Below are positions 57,222 to 64,000 of a stretch of DNA of 64,000 nucleotides, piece by piece. The notes below the pieces were generated by a model. That model was not told the DNA's origin and made no database searches. It worked only from the letters and a program-made list of their open reading frames with translations. Numbering within the stretch: the stretch's first letter is position 1; each line of letters opens with the position of its first letter. The DNA comes from Eledone cirrhosa (lineage: Eukaryota), in contig OZ024760.1 of NCBI GenBank assembly GCA_964016885.1, positions 27,280,001-27,344,000 on the forward strand. The letters run 5' to 3'. The position numbers and the translations under genes are program-made.

Positions 57222-60200
57222 TACATCTGTCCTGTGTTTTGTATGTTTTTCTGTTGTCTTCACCCAACTTTTTATGAATATACCGTATTTCCCGGCGCCG
57301 AAGATACTTCGTCCTCGAGGACCCACCCTAATTTTGACAACCAAAAATTTCAAAATAATAATAAACAACCTTCGGCCTCCAGGTCACTTGGTAGATTTTT
57401 GAGACTTATTTTATGAAAAAAGTAGCATCTTCGACACCAGGAAATGCGGTATATATGTATGTATGTATGTGTGTGTATATATATATATATTATATATATA
57501 TATATATTTGAGTTTTTGTTTCAAAAGCCAATGTTGTGTGTGTGGTTTTGTAGTTTAAGTGTTTAAACATGTTTTTGAGTATGTGTTTGCGTGTAGCCAA
57601 ACCAAACGTTTAAAAAAAATTGATCAGATCCGCATGAAAAACAAATAGTTGAGTTAGTGTTAAGATACCTATTCAATTAAGAGTTTCATGAAAACATTCC
57701 ACCAAAAGCTAAATAGAAAGAATCATGCAATGAGAAGAGTTTAAATTGTAATATTTATTTAATGACCTTGTTGATTAATTATTTAAATCATAACTACGTA
57801 ATGGGAGACAATTCAGGACGTTTTAGTCATATTAGGCCTCCTCAGTGAATAAATCACACCCAGTACATTCTGTAATGTGGTAGTGCGGGTGCCGCAATAA
57901 GATGCACTTTGTATAAATTAAATATATATCTTAACACTAACTTAAACATTTTGTAGAAAATCTTTGAATTAATACACTTGTATCTATTTTTTATTTGTTA
58001 ATCGTAGAAAAAAAAAGAAAAACAACTTTTAAATAACTTAAAAGCTTATACAAAGCATGTGATGAAATGAAATGAAGGGTTTCATTCAAAACTTTCAGGC
58101 TTTCATGTCGTAGGAAAGAATCTTACATGATTCTTACACTGAAAGGTTTTTAAGACGGACTGAAAATTTTGAATAAAATACCAGGTTTTATTTCTTAATA
58201 TACATTGTTTGGACTTTGATTTCATTGAAAAGTTGTTATTATATTGTGACAGTACTTTCAAAACTGCCTTGAAACTTACCGTATTTCCCAGCGCTGAAGA
58301 CGCTTCATCCTCAAGAACACACCCTAATTTTGAAAAAAAATAATAAACAACCTTCGGCCTCCAGGTCACATGGTAGATTTTTGAGACTTATTTTAGGGAA
58401 AAAGTAGCGTCTTCGATACTGGGAAATACGGTATTTCATAAGAAAAAAAAGAGAGAGAGAAAAATAAACAAACGTTTTTAACCTTTTTGATACCAACTCA
58501 CCAAATCTTACCTCTGTTTTTACAAAACAAAACCTCCCATTTTAAAGGTTTGCTTTTCATATCAGCCTGGTCAAACCTAGCTCTGATTCTATGAAACAAA
58601 CCTTTCATTTTAAAGGGGTCCTATTTAAATTTAAATATTTCAACATAATTTGACACAAGAACCTTTTGTTAAATTATGTTACAAATACTATTGTAATAAT
58701 GAAATAATTAATTATTTCAGTGAATCCCACCCAATTATTAATTAATTTATTTAATTATTGTGTATTTCATTAAAAATTTGGTAACAAAAAGGTTAAAGTT
58801 AGTTTGTGCTGTTTAAAAACATAAAAATAATTGTTTCTAACAGACACAATACCAGAAATATGAGGTGGGGGAGAGGGTAGTCAATTATATCGACCCAAGT
58901 ACATAACTGGTACTTTATTTTATCAATCCTGGGGGAATAAAAGGTAAAGTTAACTTTGGCAGGATTTAAACTGAACATAAAAAACAGATGAAAGAAATGC
59001 CACTCGATATTTTGCCTTCAGACAAAATATCTTGTGGTACTTGTTCAAATCCCGCCACGGTCAACTTCGCCTTTAACCCTTCCAGGGTCAATAAACTGAA
59101 GTAAAAGTCAAGTACTGGTGAGTGGGGGCAATATAACTAGCTGCCACCTCCCCCTAGAATTACTGTCTTTGTGTCAAAATTAGAAACAATTATCATTATT
59201 GTTGTTATTGTTGTTGTTCAATTGTGATAAATTTATATTTTTAAAATCGATAACCTGTAATGGTGAGGTGTTCAATAATTCAATACATTTCTGCAGATGT
59301 CTGATATTCCAAGCGGTGGAGCTACAGTTTTCCCTTACATTGGGCTCAAGTTATTCCCCAAAAAAGTAAGAATATTTTCATTTATTCATCACCGTTCTAC
59401 GTCCGTTCTTCCATACTAGCATGGGTTAGACGGGTTGTCCTGTTGTGGGCAGTGTCTGGTCGGCTGACCATGCCTTGCTCATACAGGAACTGATTTGGCT
59501 TGATTTCTACAGCTGGATGCCCTTCCTAACACCAACCTCATTTACAGTGAGTGCTGGGTGCTTTTTCGTGGTGCCTACACGTCCACTTTACAGTGTGGGC
59601 TGGGTGCTTTTTTGCCGTGGCACCTCCACGACCACCTTGCGGTGGGGAGTGTGGGGGTATATTGTCTATATGCTTCAGCTTGTACCCATGGGAGGTCGGG
59701 TACTCTGTATATTATTATACAAAAAAAACATTAAAATAAAAAAATAAAGCAAGAAAGAAATCATTATTATTTGTCTGAGTGGTGAATTGGCAGTATTGGT
59801 AGAGGGTTGGACGCCATGCTTTCTAGCATAGTTACGTCCCTTTACAGTCTGAGTTCAAATCCCGCCGAGGTTACGGGGTCGATAAAATAAAGTACCAGTA
59901 ACGCATTGGGGGCGATTTAATCGACTTTCCCCTTCCTCAAAAATGATTGGCGTTGTGCCTATACTAGAAATTATTTGGCAGTATCGGTAGAGGGTCGGAC
60001 GCCATGTTTTGCAGCATAGAGTTACGGCCCTTTATGATTTGGGTTCAAATCCCGCTAAGGTTAACTTTGCCTATCATCCTTACAGGGTTGATAAAATAAA
60101 GTACCAGTCACGTACTGGGGTTGATTTAATCGACTTTCCCCTCTCCCAAATTACTGGCCTTGTGCCTATAACTAGAAATCATTATTGCCGAGGTTAACTT

Positions 60201-60742
60201 TGCCTTTCATCCTTACGGGGTCGATAAAATAAAGTACCAGTAATACACTGAGTAATTGCTGGCCTTGTGCCAAAAGTAGAAATTATTATTATTATGGTTT
60301 TGGCGGTATCGGTAGAGGGTCGGACGCCATGCTTTGACGCATAGAGTTACGGCCCTTGCCATTCTGAGTTCAAATCTCGTTGAGGTTAACTTTGCCTTTC
60401 ATCCTTTACGGGGTCGATAAAATAAAGTACCAGTAATGTACTGGGTAATTGCTGGCCTTGTGCCAAAAGTAGAAACAATTATTATTATTATTATGGTTTT
60501 GAAGGTGGTGGATTAACAAATTTAATTTAATGTTTGAAGAAATCTCACTAACTTTTACTTTGACCTGTTACCAGGGTACAGCTGCGTTCTGGTACAACCT
60601 ACACAGGAATGGTGAAGGAATCTTTAACACGCGACACGCTGCATGCCCCGTGCTGGTTGGAAACAAATGGGTGATGAACAAATGGATTCACGAACGAGGC
60701 CAGGAGTTCCGACGAAAGTGCAGTGTAAACCCTGACCTATAG
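8576..60742 (+). CDS. P4HA: Collagen prolyl 4-hydroxylase alpha subunit (P4HA1/P4HA2-like), 5'-partial; join 8576-8736,12953-13004,16123-16316,17984-18157,20402-20472,26410-26509,27207-27260,[33995-34057|40664-40726|50903-50968],59297-59365,60575-60742
   Basis: Manual splicing gives one open frame with AG/GT boundaries and matching phases. It contains family motifs [28 protein letters not shown]...[42 protein letters not shown] and [27 protein letters not shown]. Confidence 0.96.
9109..9329. mobile_element. hAT-like MITE
   Basis: Ends tagggtttttcaaactg / cagtttgaaaaaggcca; 8-bp flanks ccctaggg / ccctagga. Confidence 0.55.
9543..9950 (-). mobile_element. Two tandem copies of tRNA-derived SINE family 1
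   Basis: Reverse complement of ggcggtggattagtagtatcggtagagggtcggacg...gagttcaaatcccgccgaggttgactttgcctttcatcc...gtagaaacaattatt (B-box-like gagttcaaatccc). Other copies: 18238-18410(+), 21028-21406(-, x2), 24288-24432, 31601-31788(+), 38318-38700(+, x2), 49266-49385, 51655-51815(-), 61560-61700. Confidence 0.85.
10923..11291. repeat. Essentially perfect palindrome, ~181-bp arms, loop of 7 nt or less (Penelope-like family B)
   Basis: Centre aaaagttgat-ttggcag-atcaactttt at ~11107; arms checked by eye. Confidence 0.92.
11183..11248 (+). ncRNA. Minimal type I hammerhead ribozyme (family B); mirror copy on - strand at ~10966-11031
   Basis: attttgt-CTGAGGA-[aggcatagcatatt/aatatgatatccct]-GAAA-TATATA-TA-atgaaat; stem I pairs with two G-U. 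Confidence 0.78.
12953..13004 (+). CDS. P4HA: P4HA exon: [17 protein letters not shown](D)
   Basis: Polypyrimidine tract + ttcag| and |gtaagt; 52 nt, phase 0 to 1. Confidence 0.92.
13122..13966. repeat. 65-bp minisatellite, ~13 copies, derived from the SINE family 2 tail
   Basis: Period 65 (13261, 13326); unit matches single copies at ~25380-25440 and ~44467-44525. Confidence 0.9.
14225..15890. repeat. 45-bp minisatellite, ~37 copies, inside a - strand LINE remnant
   Basis: Unit ccttccactgagatttctgcccaggtcttccttctagtgcaactt; one shortened unit near 14800. Confidence 0.92.
16123..16316 (+). CDS. P4HA: P4HA exon: [18 protein letters not shown]...[15 protein letters not shown]
   Basis: ttttgcag| and |gtgagt; 194 nt, phase 1 to 0; P.HQRA.N and YE.LCRGE motifs. 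Confidence 0.94.
16317..16613. repeat. (AGT/GGT)n microsatellite starting at the donor site
   Basis: Direct reading. Confidence 0.9.
16659..17635 (+). mobile_element. Non-autonomous hAT (Charlie-like) element with internal 55-bp tandem array (~10 copies, 16798-17352)
   Basis: TIRs caggggtgttcaac / gctgcatacccctg; perfect 8-bp TSD ccttagac (16651-16658, 17636-17643). Confidence 0.88.
17984..18157 (+). CDS. P4HA: P4HA exon: [58 protein letters not shown]
   Basis: ttccag| and |gtaagt; 174 nt, phase 0-0; absent from the ORF track. Confidence 0.94.
18701..18755 (-). ncRNA. Minimal type I hammerhead ribozyme (family C)
   Basis: Reverse complement: actgc-CTGAAGA-[ggtcacagcca/tggctgtcact]-GAAA-TATATA-TA-gcagt; stem I actgc/gcagt is perfect. 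Confidence 0.82.
18897..19672 (+). mobile_element. Penelope-like fragment, family D, with 5' inverted duplication (arms 18897-19002 and 19101-19206)
   Basis: ~105-bp inverted arms, hammerhead at 19464, (TA)n flanks; partial copy at ~55595-55700. Confidence 0.7.
19464..19529 (+). ncRNA. Minimal type I hammerhead ribozyme (family D)
   Basis: attttat-CTGATGA-[ggacgtac...gtacatcc]-GAAA-TATGTA-TA-ataaaat; 7-bp perfect stem I. Confidence 0.82.
19690..20395. repeat. Degenerate gtcacacct(at)n minisatellite running up to the acceptor site
   Basis: Direct reading. Confidence 0.85.
20402..20472 (+). CDS. P4HA: P4HA exon: [23 protein letters not shown](S)
   Basis: tgtag| and |gtaagt; 71 nt, phase 0 to 2. 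Confidence 0.95.
25865..26340 (-). mobile_element. CRE-like non-LTR retrotransposon 3' end (restriction-like endonuclease), pseudogenised; related pieces at 22300-22400 and 23180-23480
   Basis: Minus strand reads [27 protein letters not shown]...KLLKY...LAVETSG...[12 protein letters not shown]. Confidence 0.75.
26410..26509 (+). CDS. P4HA: P4HA exon: (S)[33 protein letters not shown]
   Basis: tttgcag| and |gtgaga; 100 nt, phase 2 to 0. Confidence 0.95.
26542..26762 (+). mobile_element. piggyBac-like MITE
   Basis: TTAA-ccctttagcattta...taaatgttaaaggg-TTAT. Confidence 0.8.
27207..27260 (+). CDS. P4HA: P4HA exon with Fe(II)-binding HxD: [18 protein letters not shown]
   Basis: ccccag| and |gtgagt; 54 nt, phase 0-0. 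Confidence 0.96.
27310..30300. repeat. ~3-kb satellite of 20-bp unit (TATAGTGAGA TATAGACAGA)n
   Basis: Direct reading; two alternating 10-mers, ~150 units. Confidence 0.95.
30480..31220 (-). mobile_element. L1/Tx1-like LINE 3' fragment
   Basis: [15 protein letters not shown] zinc-knuckle-like motif, [12 protein letters not shown]; 3' end gtggcaaataaagaaagat merges into the satellite. Confidence 0.72.
33240..33725. repeat. Four tandem ~121-bp copies of a SINE fragment (same family at 39880-40460 and 43825-44160)
   Basis: Unit aagccagaaggctcat...tcccctggacaggacaccagtccatcgcaggggtaaagtctgtgtt. Confidence 0.82.
33995..34057 (+). CDS. P4HA: P4HA alternative exon A: [21 protein letters not shown]
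   Basis: ttgttctgtacag| and TAC|gtaagt; 63 nt, phase 0-0, no stop, GNRIAT motif. Confidence 0.85.
34662..35486 (+). mobile_element. piggyBac-like MITE with internal 72-bp array (~9 copies), right end lost
   Basis: TTAA-ccctttagcattta start; 24-codon periodicity in overlapping ORFs. Confidence 0.8.
36035..37143. repeat. (CATA)n/(CA)n microsatellites flanking a ~400-bp dispersed repeat (36240-36645; related copy ~56328-56660)
   Basis: Direct reading; shared gcaca.agccagtcccactctct motif. Confidence 0.8.
37370..38310. repeat. 70-bp array (~7 copies, 37370-37900) followed by ~108-bp array (3 copies, ~38000-38310)
   Basis: Periodic acttaacaaagg...tagataaatataa units. Confidence 0.85.
39400..39616 (+). 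mobile_element. piggyBac-like MITE, complete 217-bp copy
   Basis: TTAA-ccctatagcattta...taaatgttaaaggg-TTAA: TTAA on both sides with CCC...GGG ends. Confidence 0.88.
40664..40726 (+). CDS. P4HA: P4HA alternative exon B: [21 protein letters not shown]
   Basis: atcttgcag| and TAC|gtaagt; 63 nt, phase 0-0, no stop, GNRIAT motif. Confidence 0.87.
41190..41810 (-). mobile_element. Second copy of the hAT element at 16659, without the array, carrying a nested Tc2/pogo-like MITE (~41272-41430)
   Basis: End ...gttgcacacccctg; flanks gtttagat / gtttagac; reverse-complement identity to 16659-17635. Confidence 0.82.
42820..42898 (+). ncRNA. Degenerate hammerhead motif (family E)
   Basis: gctgt-CTGAAGG-...-GAAA-tgtgta-TC-acagc; stem I intact, core A9 changed to G and stem II disrupted. 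Confidence 0.45.
44329..44545 (+). mobile_element. tRNA-derived SINE family 2 (other copies ~25280-25445, ~54975-55125, ~56060-56200(-), ~40320-40460(-))
   Basis: A-box-like tggctgagtgg, B-box-like gagttcgagtc, core tgtccttga.caagaca. Confidence 0.8.
44546..46345. repeat. 17-bp minisatellite (tagtatatattagtaca)n, ~105 copies; a few units also at 44245-44328
   Basis: Period 17 (44561, 44578). Confidence 0.95.
46455..46896 (+). mobile_element. Penelope-like family A copy with ~170-bp 5' inversion (palindrome 46455-46808)
   Basis: Arms are near-perfect reverse complements; unique tail to cctcctac + (TA)n. Confidence 0.8.
46699..46769 (+). ncRNA. Minimal type I hammerhead ribozyme (family A); mirror copy on - strand at ~46493-46565
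   Basis: Same as the 3316 motif with a 3-nt longer stem II; lies within a 350-bp foldback. Confidence 0.8.
47237..48997 (-). mobile_element. RTE-like LINE 3' end whose coding segment is amplified as a ~123-bp array (~12 copies, 47527-48997)
   Basis: (CAT)n tail at 47237; unit resembles [32 protein letters not shown] on the - strand, mostly with a stop. Confidence 0.85.
49430..50460 (-). mobile_element. R4/Dong-like non-LTR retrotransposon fragment
   Basis: [31 protein letters not shown]....ETIDHII..C...APTEY.NRHD motifs; frameshifted. Confidence 0.8.
50903..50968 (+). CDS. P4HA: P4HA alternative exon C (canonical type): [22 protein letters not shown]
   Basis: Long polypyrimidine tract + ataag| and TAT|gtaagt; 66 nt, phase 0-0; closest to the vertebrate [12 protein letters not shown] form. 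Confidence 0.92.
50993..51492 (+). mobile_element. piggyBac-like MITE with internal 70-bp array (5 copies)
   Basis: TTAA-cactttagcatcta...taaatgctaaaggg-TAAA; period 70 (51181, 51251...). Confidence 0.82.
51840..52620 (-). mobile_element. L1/Tx1-like LINE 3' fragment related to 30480-31220
   Basis: [37 protein letters not shown]. Confidence 0.72.
53452..54210. mobile_element. hAT-like element with two internal minisatellites (~22-bp, 53467-53847; ~40-bp, 53940-54192)
   Basis: TIRs cagacatgtcaaa / tttgacatgcctg; flanks gtagagga / gtataggg (6 of 8 match). Confidence 0.65.
56907..57043 (+). pseudogene. 5'-truncated tRNA-Glu(TTC)-like sequence (56907-56966) with SINE-like tail
   Basis: tagtggttaggatt-cctgg-ctTTCac-ccagg-cgga-ccggg-ttcgatt-cccgg-catgggaa: anticodon arm, T arm and 3' acceptor strand intact, 5' acceptor strand replaced by (TA)n; tail ends in repeated gtaaaaga. 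Confidence 0.75.
57283..57449. mobile_element. Tc2/pogo-like MITE
   Basis: TA-ccgtatttcccggcgccgaagat...atcttcgacaccaggaaatgcgg-TA. Confidence 0.82.
58279..58431. mobile_element. Tc2/pogo-like MITE, same family (3' half also at 21420-21510)
   Basis: TA-ccgtatttcccagcgctgaagacg...cgtcttcgatactgggaaatacgg-TA. Confidence 0.82.
59297..59365 (+). CDS. P4HA: P4HA exon: [23 protein letters not shown]
   Basis: ttctgcag| and |gtaaga; 69 nt, phase 0-0. Confidence 0.95.
59395..59712 (-). mobile_element. 3' UTR copy of the RTE LINE at 3603-4585
   Basis: High-identity reverse complement of ~4255-4560. Confidence 0.85.
59778..60484 (+). mobile_element. Cluster of 3-4 tandem SINE family 1 copies in the last intron
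   Basis: Repeated ggcagtatcggtagaggg...gagttcaaatccc...gtagaaacaattatt. Confidence 0.85.
60575..60742 (+). CDS. P4HA: P4HA last coding exon with distal His and 2-oxoglutarate-binding Lys: [55 protein letters not shown]
   Basis: CTAAC branch-like site ~60548, accag| acceptor, TAG stop ending 60742. Confidence 0.96.
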   Translation, partial: GTAAFWYNLHRNGEGIFNTRHAACPVLVGNKWVMNKWIHERGQEFRRKCSVNPDL

Positions 60743-60806
60743 GAGACAATTTTAAACACAACACCCCACCACCACCCCCACCCCCACTCAGCTCGCTCCC
60801 CCTGGA

Positions 60807-60850
60807 AATAAAAAATAAAAATAAATAAAAAATAAAAATACAAATAAAAT
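60807..60850 (+). promoter_or_regulatory. Cluster of AATAAA hexamers after the stop (candidate polyadenylation signals)
   Basis: Several AATAAA within an A-rich tract 65-110 nt after the stop; may simply be low complexity. Confidence 0.25.
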
Positions 60851-61874
60851 GTTCATCCACGACCATCACTTCTGCCCTGTAATCATATCAGCTCCATATT
60901 TCTCTTCATACTCTTCTTCGTTCTATCTTTGCCTTGTCCTCTCATTCCCCCCTCATATCCTTTTCTCAAGCCCGCTCTCTTTCTCTCTCACTCTCATGAC
61001 TTAACCCCCACCCCACCCCACCCTACCCCCCATCCATATCCCATTCTCCTTCCTTTTCCTGCTCTCGCTTCTCTCACTATCTCTCTCTCTCTATATATAT
61101 ATAGAGAGAGAGAGGGAGAGATATAATAATAATAATAATAATACAAGGATGATTTTTTAAGCCTTCATTACGTTTATTGATTGGTGATCAGCTCAAGGTT
61201 CGATCTGTATCGATCTGGCCTGACTCTGGAATCAAAAGCTCGTCGGACCTCTGTTGTTGTAATGACAGAATGACTGGATATATAGATAGATAGATAGATA
61301 TTCATCCGGCTGTAAAACATTGTCTCAAGTCATCTCCTCGAAACCCATGGTAGAGTGGATGTAAACACACGAAACTGCTGCTACTACTGATGATGATGAT
61401 GATGAGGTTCATAATTGGGTGCACAGCAGTTACCACTATAATAAATATTAGTAAATGTACACATGGAAAAACAGACATAAACAACAACATCTAACTCTCC
61501 TCTTCAGCTACTTCCTAGAAATACAATTTCATACTTTAGCATGGAAGCGTATTATTATTATGGCCCTTTATGATCTGAGTTCAAGTCCCGCCAAGGTTAA
61601 CTTTGCCTTTCATCCTTACAGGGTTGATAAAAGAAAGTACCGGTAATACACTGGTATAGTTGCTGGCCTTGTGCCATATGTAGAAACAATTATTATTACC
61701 AGGTCATACAGCAGCACCTAAAAAGAAATGTTTGGAGGTGCCAGAGAGATGCATAAGACAACTTCAGATCAAAATATTTGAACAGAAACTAAACAGTACA
61801 GGTGAATACAAACAAGAGCCCTGTAATTCTTACAAACAAGAGCCCTGTGATTCTTACATGATGTAATTGTTTTA

Positions 61875-62820
61875 GTTTCAACACAGTCTCAGATCAAGTC
61901 ATTTGCCAGAGAGTGTCTCAGATCAAGTCATTTGCCAGAGAGTGTCTCAGATCAAGTCATCTGTCAAACATGTAAAACTGTGGCTAAAATGACTCTTTCA
62001 CAATATAATTGCTTTAATTTCAACACACTCTCAGCTCAAGTCCCTTGCCAGATATGTAAAACTGACTAAAATGACCCTTCCATGGTGTAATTGCTTTAGT
62101 TCCAATACACAACAGTCTCAGATCAAGTCCCCTACAAGACATGTACAACTGTGGTCAAAATGACTCTTCTATGCTGTAATTGTTTTAGTTCCAACACAGT
62201 CTCAGATCAAGTCATCTGCCAGAGAGGGTCATCTGCCAGACATGTACAACTGTGGCTAAAATGATTCTTCTATGCTGTAATTGTTTTAGTTCCAACACAG
62301 TCTCAGATCAAGTCATCTGCCAGAGAGGGTCATCTGCCAGACATGTACAACTGTGGCTAAAATGATTCTTCTATGCTGTAATTGTTTTAGTTCCAACACA
62401 GTCTCAGATCAAGTCATCTGCCAGACATGTACAACTGTGGCTAAAATGATTCTTCTATGCTGTAATTGTTTTAGTTCCAACACAGTCTCAGATCAAGTCA
62501 TCTGCCAGAGAGGGTCATCTGCCAGACATGTACAACTGTGGCTAAAATGATTCTTCTATGCTGTAATTGTTTTAGTTCCAACACAGTCTCAGATCAAGTC
62601 ATCTGCCAGACATGTACAACTGTGGCTAAAATGATTCTTCTATGCTGTAATTGTTTTAGTTCCAACACAGTCTCAGATCAAGTCATCTGCCAGACATGTA
62701 CAACTGTGGCTAAAATGATTCTTCTATGCTGTAATTGTTTTAGTTCCAACACAGTCTCAGATCAAGTCATCTGCCAGAGAGGGTCATCTGCTCAGATCAA
62801 GTCACTTGTCAGACATGTAC
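61875..62820. repeat. Tandem array of ~77/94-bp units downstream of the stop
   Basis: Unit acatgtacaactgtggctaaaatgattcttctatgctgtaattgttttagttccaacacagtctcagatcaagtcatctgccag with an optional agagggtcatctgccag. Confidence 0.85.
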
Positions 62821-63242
62821 AAACCTGAAACTCTACAACAGTTTACTTAGAACTTTTTTCTTTTTTTTTTTCAAAGAAAAAAAACTGTTTATATATCATC
62901 CCTATTTTTTTAAAGCCCATTTTCCTCCACTAAAGCCTTACAGGGCCCAGGGTCCATGACAAGCTTCTCAAATTTGCTCTATCTGCTGCACTCCCACCCT
63001 ACTCACTCAACAACCACCTGGCTTTCATTTCTTCCAAAACTGTCTTCCTTGGTCTTCCTCTGTTTTTCTACTTCCTTCCTTATAAAATACACATTATTAT
63101 TATTATTATTATTTCTGTGTCCTTTACCTTCTTCCTGCTCCCTTCATTTTCGTTGGGATTATTATTTTTTAAACATGTCGTCCCTACTTCCCCCATTTCA
63201 TTTCCATATCTCTATAAACTTTGATGGGGTTAAAAATACACT

Positions 63243-63276
<34 letters not shown>

Positions 63277-63329
63277 CAAAAGGGATATTCAATTCAACAA
63301 GTTTTGGTACCCTTGAAATATATATATAC

Positions 63330-63376
<47 letters not shown>

Positions 63377-63568
63377 AATCTGTGAAACCCTTGAAAACAA
63401 CAATAACAAAAAGCAATAATGATATAAATATCCCATTTCTCGTCCCAAGTATTTTTTTTTTTATAAACATTATATTATAAAGAATATGAAATATATTATC
63501 AATATATTATATATATATATAATATACTATACAATATATATATAAAATGTACAATATATACATTATAT

Positions 63569-63620
<52 letters not shown>

Positions 63621-64000
63621 GAGTATATTTTTGTGTATATATGTCTAATTATACAGCTATTTTTTACCTAGTGATCAGGCTCTGTTCCAACAAACTCATG
63701 CTAAAATATCTTCAATCTTCAGTTTTACTGTTGTCCCGACAGGTGATGGGGTCCATGAGAGTATGAGAAGTTATCCACCATTAGTTTTATGTGAAATGAA
63801 ATGATCTGAATAAAGAACTTCATGAAAGTTTAATTGGAATACTATCCTAGTAACAGTAATTTTATTCTATTTTAACAAAAATCTTAGAAAATTAAAATCA
63901 TTATTATTTTTTTTTTTTTTGTTGAAACATTAAAAAATTAGAATAAAATTAAGAAGTATTATGAGATATGTGATAAATGACTGATAAATTTCAGAAAGTC

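Noticed and set aside
60728-60742. C-terminal NPDL as ER-retention signal
   Set aside because: Does not match KDEL/HDEL-type consensus; alpha subunits are normally retained through PDI.
63720-63790. Acceptor-like cccgacag|GTGATGGGG as an alternative terminal exon
   Set aside because: No similarity to the NKW.HE C-terminal motif and early stops.

Overview
Repeat-rich, AT-microsatellite-rich animal genomic DNA; the SINE and LINE-tail sequences resemble octopod cephalopod repeats (inference). One real gene is visible on the + strand: the 3' ~70% (about 369 codons) of a collagen prolyl 4-hydroxylase alpha subunit (P4HA1/P4HA2-like). Its exons run from 8576 to the stop at 60742 with GT-AG sites and compatible phases, and it keeps the HxD...H...K catalytic residues. 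The 5' exons appear to lie upstream of the window. Main observation: between the HxD exon and the MSD exon there are three paralogous phase 0-0 exons (33995-34057, 40664-40726, 50903-50968), each encoding a different loop plus GNRIAT. This looks like a three-way mutually exclusive cassette for a substrate-binding loop, and two copies differ mostly by non-synonymous changes. Second theme: the introns hold several unrelated Penelope-like fragments with minimal type I hammerhead ribozymes, foldback inversions of up to ~180 bp and a shared downstream motif (ACTC...GTnGAGTGCT). The remainder is truncated LINEs, tRNA-derived SINEs, hAT/piggyBac/Tc2-like MITEs and many minisatellites amplified from inside those elements. 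Nearly all long ORFs in the supplied track are repeat artefacts.
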